Below, piece by piece: positions 61,345 to 64,000 of a stretch of DNA of 64,000 bases. A program made the translations under genes and the position numbers. The notes below the pieces were generated by a model. It saw only the letters and a list, made by a program, of their open reading frames with translations. It ran no database searches and was not told the DNA's origin. The DNA is from Octopus sinensis (taxonomy: Eukaryota). The stretch's first letter is position 1; the number at the start of each line of letters is the position of its first letter. Location: contig NC_043000.1 of the NCBI RefSeq assembly GCF_006345805.1, forward strand, positions 4,712,001-4,776,000. Reading direction: 5' to 3'.

Positions 61345-62004
61345 CAATAATAATGTAACTCTTTTTAGTTATAGGACAATGCCAGCAATTTTGAAGGGAG
61401 GAAGCATGTTGATTATATTGGCATTCCAGGTAATTGACTGCTGCTTATCTTATTGATGAAAGGCAAAGTGAACCTTGACAGTATTTGAACTCAGAACATA
61501 AAAAGCAGGAAGAAATGTTAAGTATTTTGTTCAAAGTTCTAAGAATTCAGCCACCAAGCCGTCTTAGCAAATATAATAAATTCTTTTTTATGATTGGCAC
61601 AAAAACTGAAATTTTGGAGGAGAGGATAATTAACCCTGGAAGGAGGGAAGGTAAAGTCAACCTCAGCAGCATTTGAACTCAGAACATAAAGCTGGAGGAA
61701 ATGCCTCTAAACATTTTGCCCATTGTGCCACCTTAATAATACTAAAGCTACTAATAATAATGGTTTCAAATTTTGGCACAAGACCAGCAGTTTCCAGGTA
61801 GAAAATAAGTTGATTACATTAACTCCAGTGACCAGCTGGTATTTATTTAATCGACCCAGAAAGGATGAAAGATAAAGTCGGCCCTGGTGGAATTTGAACT
61901 TCTAAACATAAAGTCGAATGAAATACCGCTAAGCATTCTGCCTGGTGTACTAATGATTCTGCCATCTTGCCACTGTAATAACAAAAATAATAATAATAAT
62001 AATA

Positions 62005-62044
<40 letters not shown>

Positions 62045-62795
62045 CCTTTCTACTATAGGCACGAGGCCTGAAATTTGGTGGGAGGGGGGAAGTCGATTAC
62101 ATCAACCCCAATACATAATTGGTACTTAATTTACTGACCCTCAAAAAGATGACTGACAAAGTCAACCTCAGCAGTATTTGAACTCAGAATGTAATGCTGG
62201 ATGAAATCCCACTAAGCATTTTTCTCTTAGTGTGCTAACATTTCTGCCAGTTTGCTGTTTTAATAATAATAATAATAATATTAATAATCTTTTCCTGGAA
62301 TTGGATCTCAAAGTACATATAAAGCATTTAAATATTGGGTTGGCAAACCCTTTACGATAGAAAAAAATCAGGTAGCATTCAATATTTTCAGTCCAAAAGA
62401 ATTTTTCAACCTGATATTTACATGCTATTATTTATAGCTTTATGTGCTTTGAGATCCAATTCCAAGAAAGAATTATTCCATACTCTCTTGAAAGTGAATA
62501 AATTCTTATGTCAACAACAATAACAAAAATAATAACAATAATAATAATAATGATAATAATAATAACAACAACAATAATAATAATCCTTTTTATTATAGGC
62601 ACAAACCCTGAAATTTTGGAGGAGGGGACTAGTTGATTACATCAACCCCAGTGCTCAACTGGTACTTATTTAATCGACCCTGAAAGGATGAAAGGCAAAG
62701 TCGACCTCAGTGGAATTTGAACTCAGAACGTAAGAACAGACAAAATGCCACTAAGCATTTCAGTTAACATGTTAACGATTCTGCAGCTCACCACC
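61340..62795 (-). mobile_element. Chain of about five same-orientation SINE family C copies separated by (AAT)n
   Basis: GGCACAAG...AATTTT...GGATGAAAGGCAAAGT...GAACTCAGAA repeated near 61370, 61590, 61760, 62045 and 62585. Confidence 0.8.
62289..62470. mobile_element. MITE-like inverted repeat (about 40-bp arms)
   Basis: TGGAATTGGATCTCAAAGTACAT / ATGTGCTTTGAGATCCAATTCCA. Confidence 0.78.
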
Positions 62796-63082
62796 AATAT
62801 TAATAATGATAATTGTGATAATAGCAATAACAATAATAATATTAATAACAATGTAACTTTTTTACTTAGAGAAAGAAAAGGTGCGTCAAGAACAATGTGT
62901 TGTAATATTCATACTTTTCCAACAAACAATACCAACAAAAATAAGCAAAAAAAAAAAAAAAACCCAACAAAAAAAACAACAAAAAATATACAGATAGTTC
63001 CAACTGGGAATTTGAAACCAGCTCACAGATTTAATTGGCACAGAATTTGTCCCTGCACCATGGTAATGCTGCCACAGCCATC

Positions 63083-63113
<31 letters not shown>

Positions 63114-63282
63114 CCATTGTGTTCATCATCATTTTCATCATCATCATCATCATCATATCACAACAACAACAATATTAAATAGTCAATTTTCCTCCTATTC
63201 AATAAATTGTTCTATGTTATAAAAACCGTACATCATATTTACAAATATCACATATTATTTTCATGCATTAAATTTTATCTTC

Positions 63283-63337
<55 letters not shown>

Positions 63338-63664
63338 TTTATCAAATACAACCTGTTGGTTTGCTTAATGCAGGATTATTTTTCTTTCTTTTTTTTTTGC
63401 TTGCTTACTTGTTTTTGTTTTTAGATCTGGTCTTCATTTATTTGGTGTTCTTTTTTTTTTTAAATTCCAATTTTTGTTCTTTTGCTTTTTTTTTTTTAAA
63501 AGAATTTTCGTGATAACTAAATTGTTAAGGAGTTATAGATTTTTGCTGTAATGCAGAAAAACGAATTGTGTTCATGGATTTCTTGAGCTTGCAGATGTGC
63601 AATGTTCCAAGAGGAATCTGAAACATACAGAAAAGAAAAGAAATAGAATGAGAACAGATTAGAT

Positions 63665-63667
63665 GCA

Positions 63668-63718
<51 letters not shown>

Positions 63719-63824
63719 GTAATAATAATAGTAATAATAATAGAAGAAGAAGAAGAAGAAGAAGAAGAAGAAGAAGAAGAAGAAGAAGAAGAAGAAGAAG
63801 AAGAAGAAGAAGAAGAAGAAGAAG

Positions 63825-63856
<32 letters not shown>

Positions 63857-63870
63857 GAAGAAGAAGGAGT
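63665..63870. repeat. Compound (AAT)n-(GAA)n microsatellite with about 40 GAA units
   Basis: Direct inspection; explains the poly-F/Y pseudo-ORF. Confidence 0.97.
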
Positions 63871-64000
63871 AGTGAAGTAATATAGTAAGTTTCAGTAAAG
63901 CATAACGGATTTGAATGGAGGGAAATAAGCTCCCCCTCTCCTGCCTCCCAGAAGAAAAAATTAATTTAATACAGTGTAACAAGTATATCAATAAAAGGGA

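Noticed and set aside
1-64000. Assigning published names (OK, OR1, OR2, Twan, Ceph or Meta domains) to SINE families A-E
   Set aside because: Cannot be done reliably from memory; needs a Repbase or Dfam alignment

Overview
AT-rich, repeat-saturated eukaryotic DNA, almost certainly intronic or intergenic sequence from an octopus (coleoid cephalopod). The species call rests on my recognition of the SINE families and microsatellite style, not on a database search. I found no confident host protein-coding exon. Nearly all ORFs in the track are microsatellite or SINE artefacts, or decayed transposon fragments. Contents: five recurrent SINE families (labelled A-E here); RTE, CR1 and R4/Dong LINE fragments; two Penelope-like (GIY-YIG) fragments; a Gypsy fragment; a near full-length 1291-bp mariner; maT, hAT and piggyBac relics; Helitron-like elements; many MITEs, foldbacks and microsatellites. 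The main unexpected signal is about 12 type I hammerhead ribozyme (HHR) motifs, including partial and decayed ones, in about 9 unrelated sequence contexts. Most lie near the (TA)n-bounded 3' ends of short Penelope-type terminal repeats. They include C3-G8, U3-A8 and U3.G8 core variants and palindromic stem-III loops typical of dimeric minimal HHRs. Also notable: a roughly 1.15-kb near-perfect palindrome with mirror-image HHRs at its centre, and two hairpins whose mismatches are biased to G.U on the + strand. All motifs were read and folded by eye. Repeat boundaries are approximate unless a TSD or TIR is quoted.
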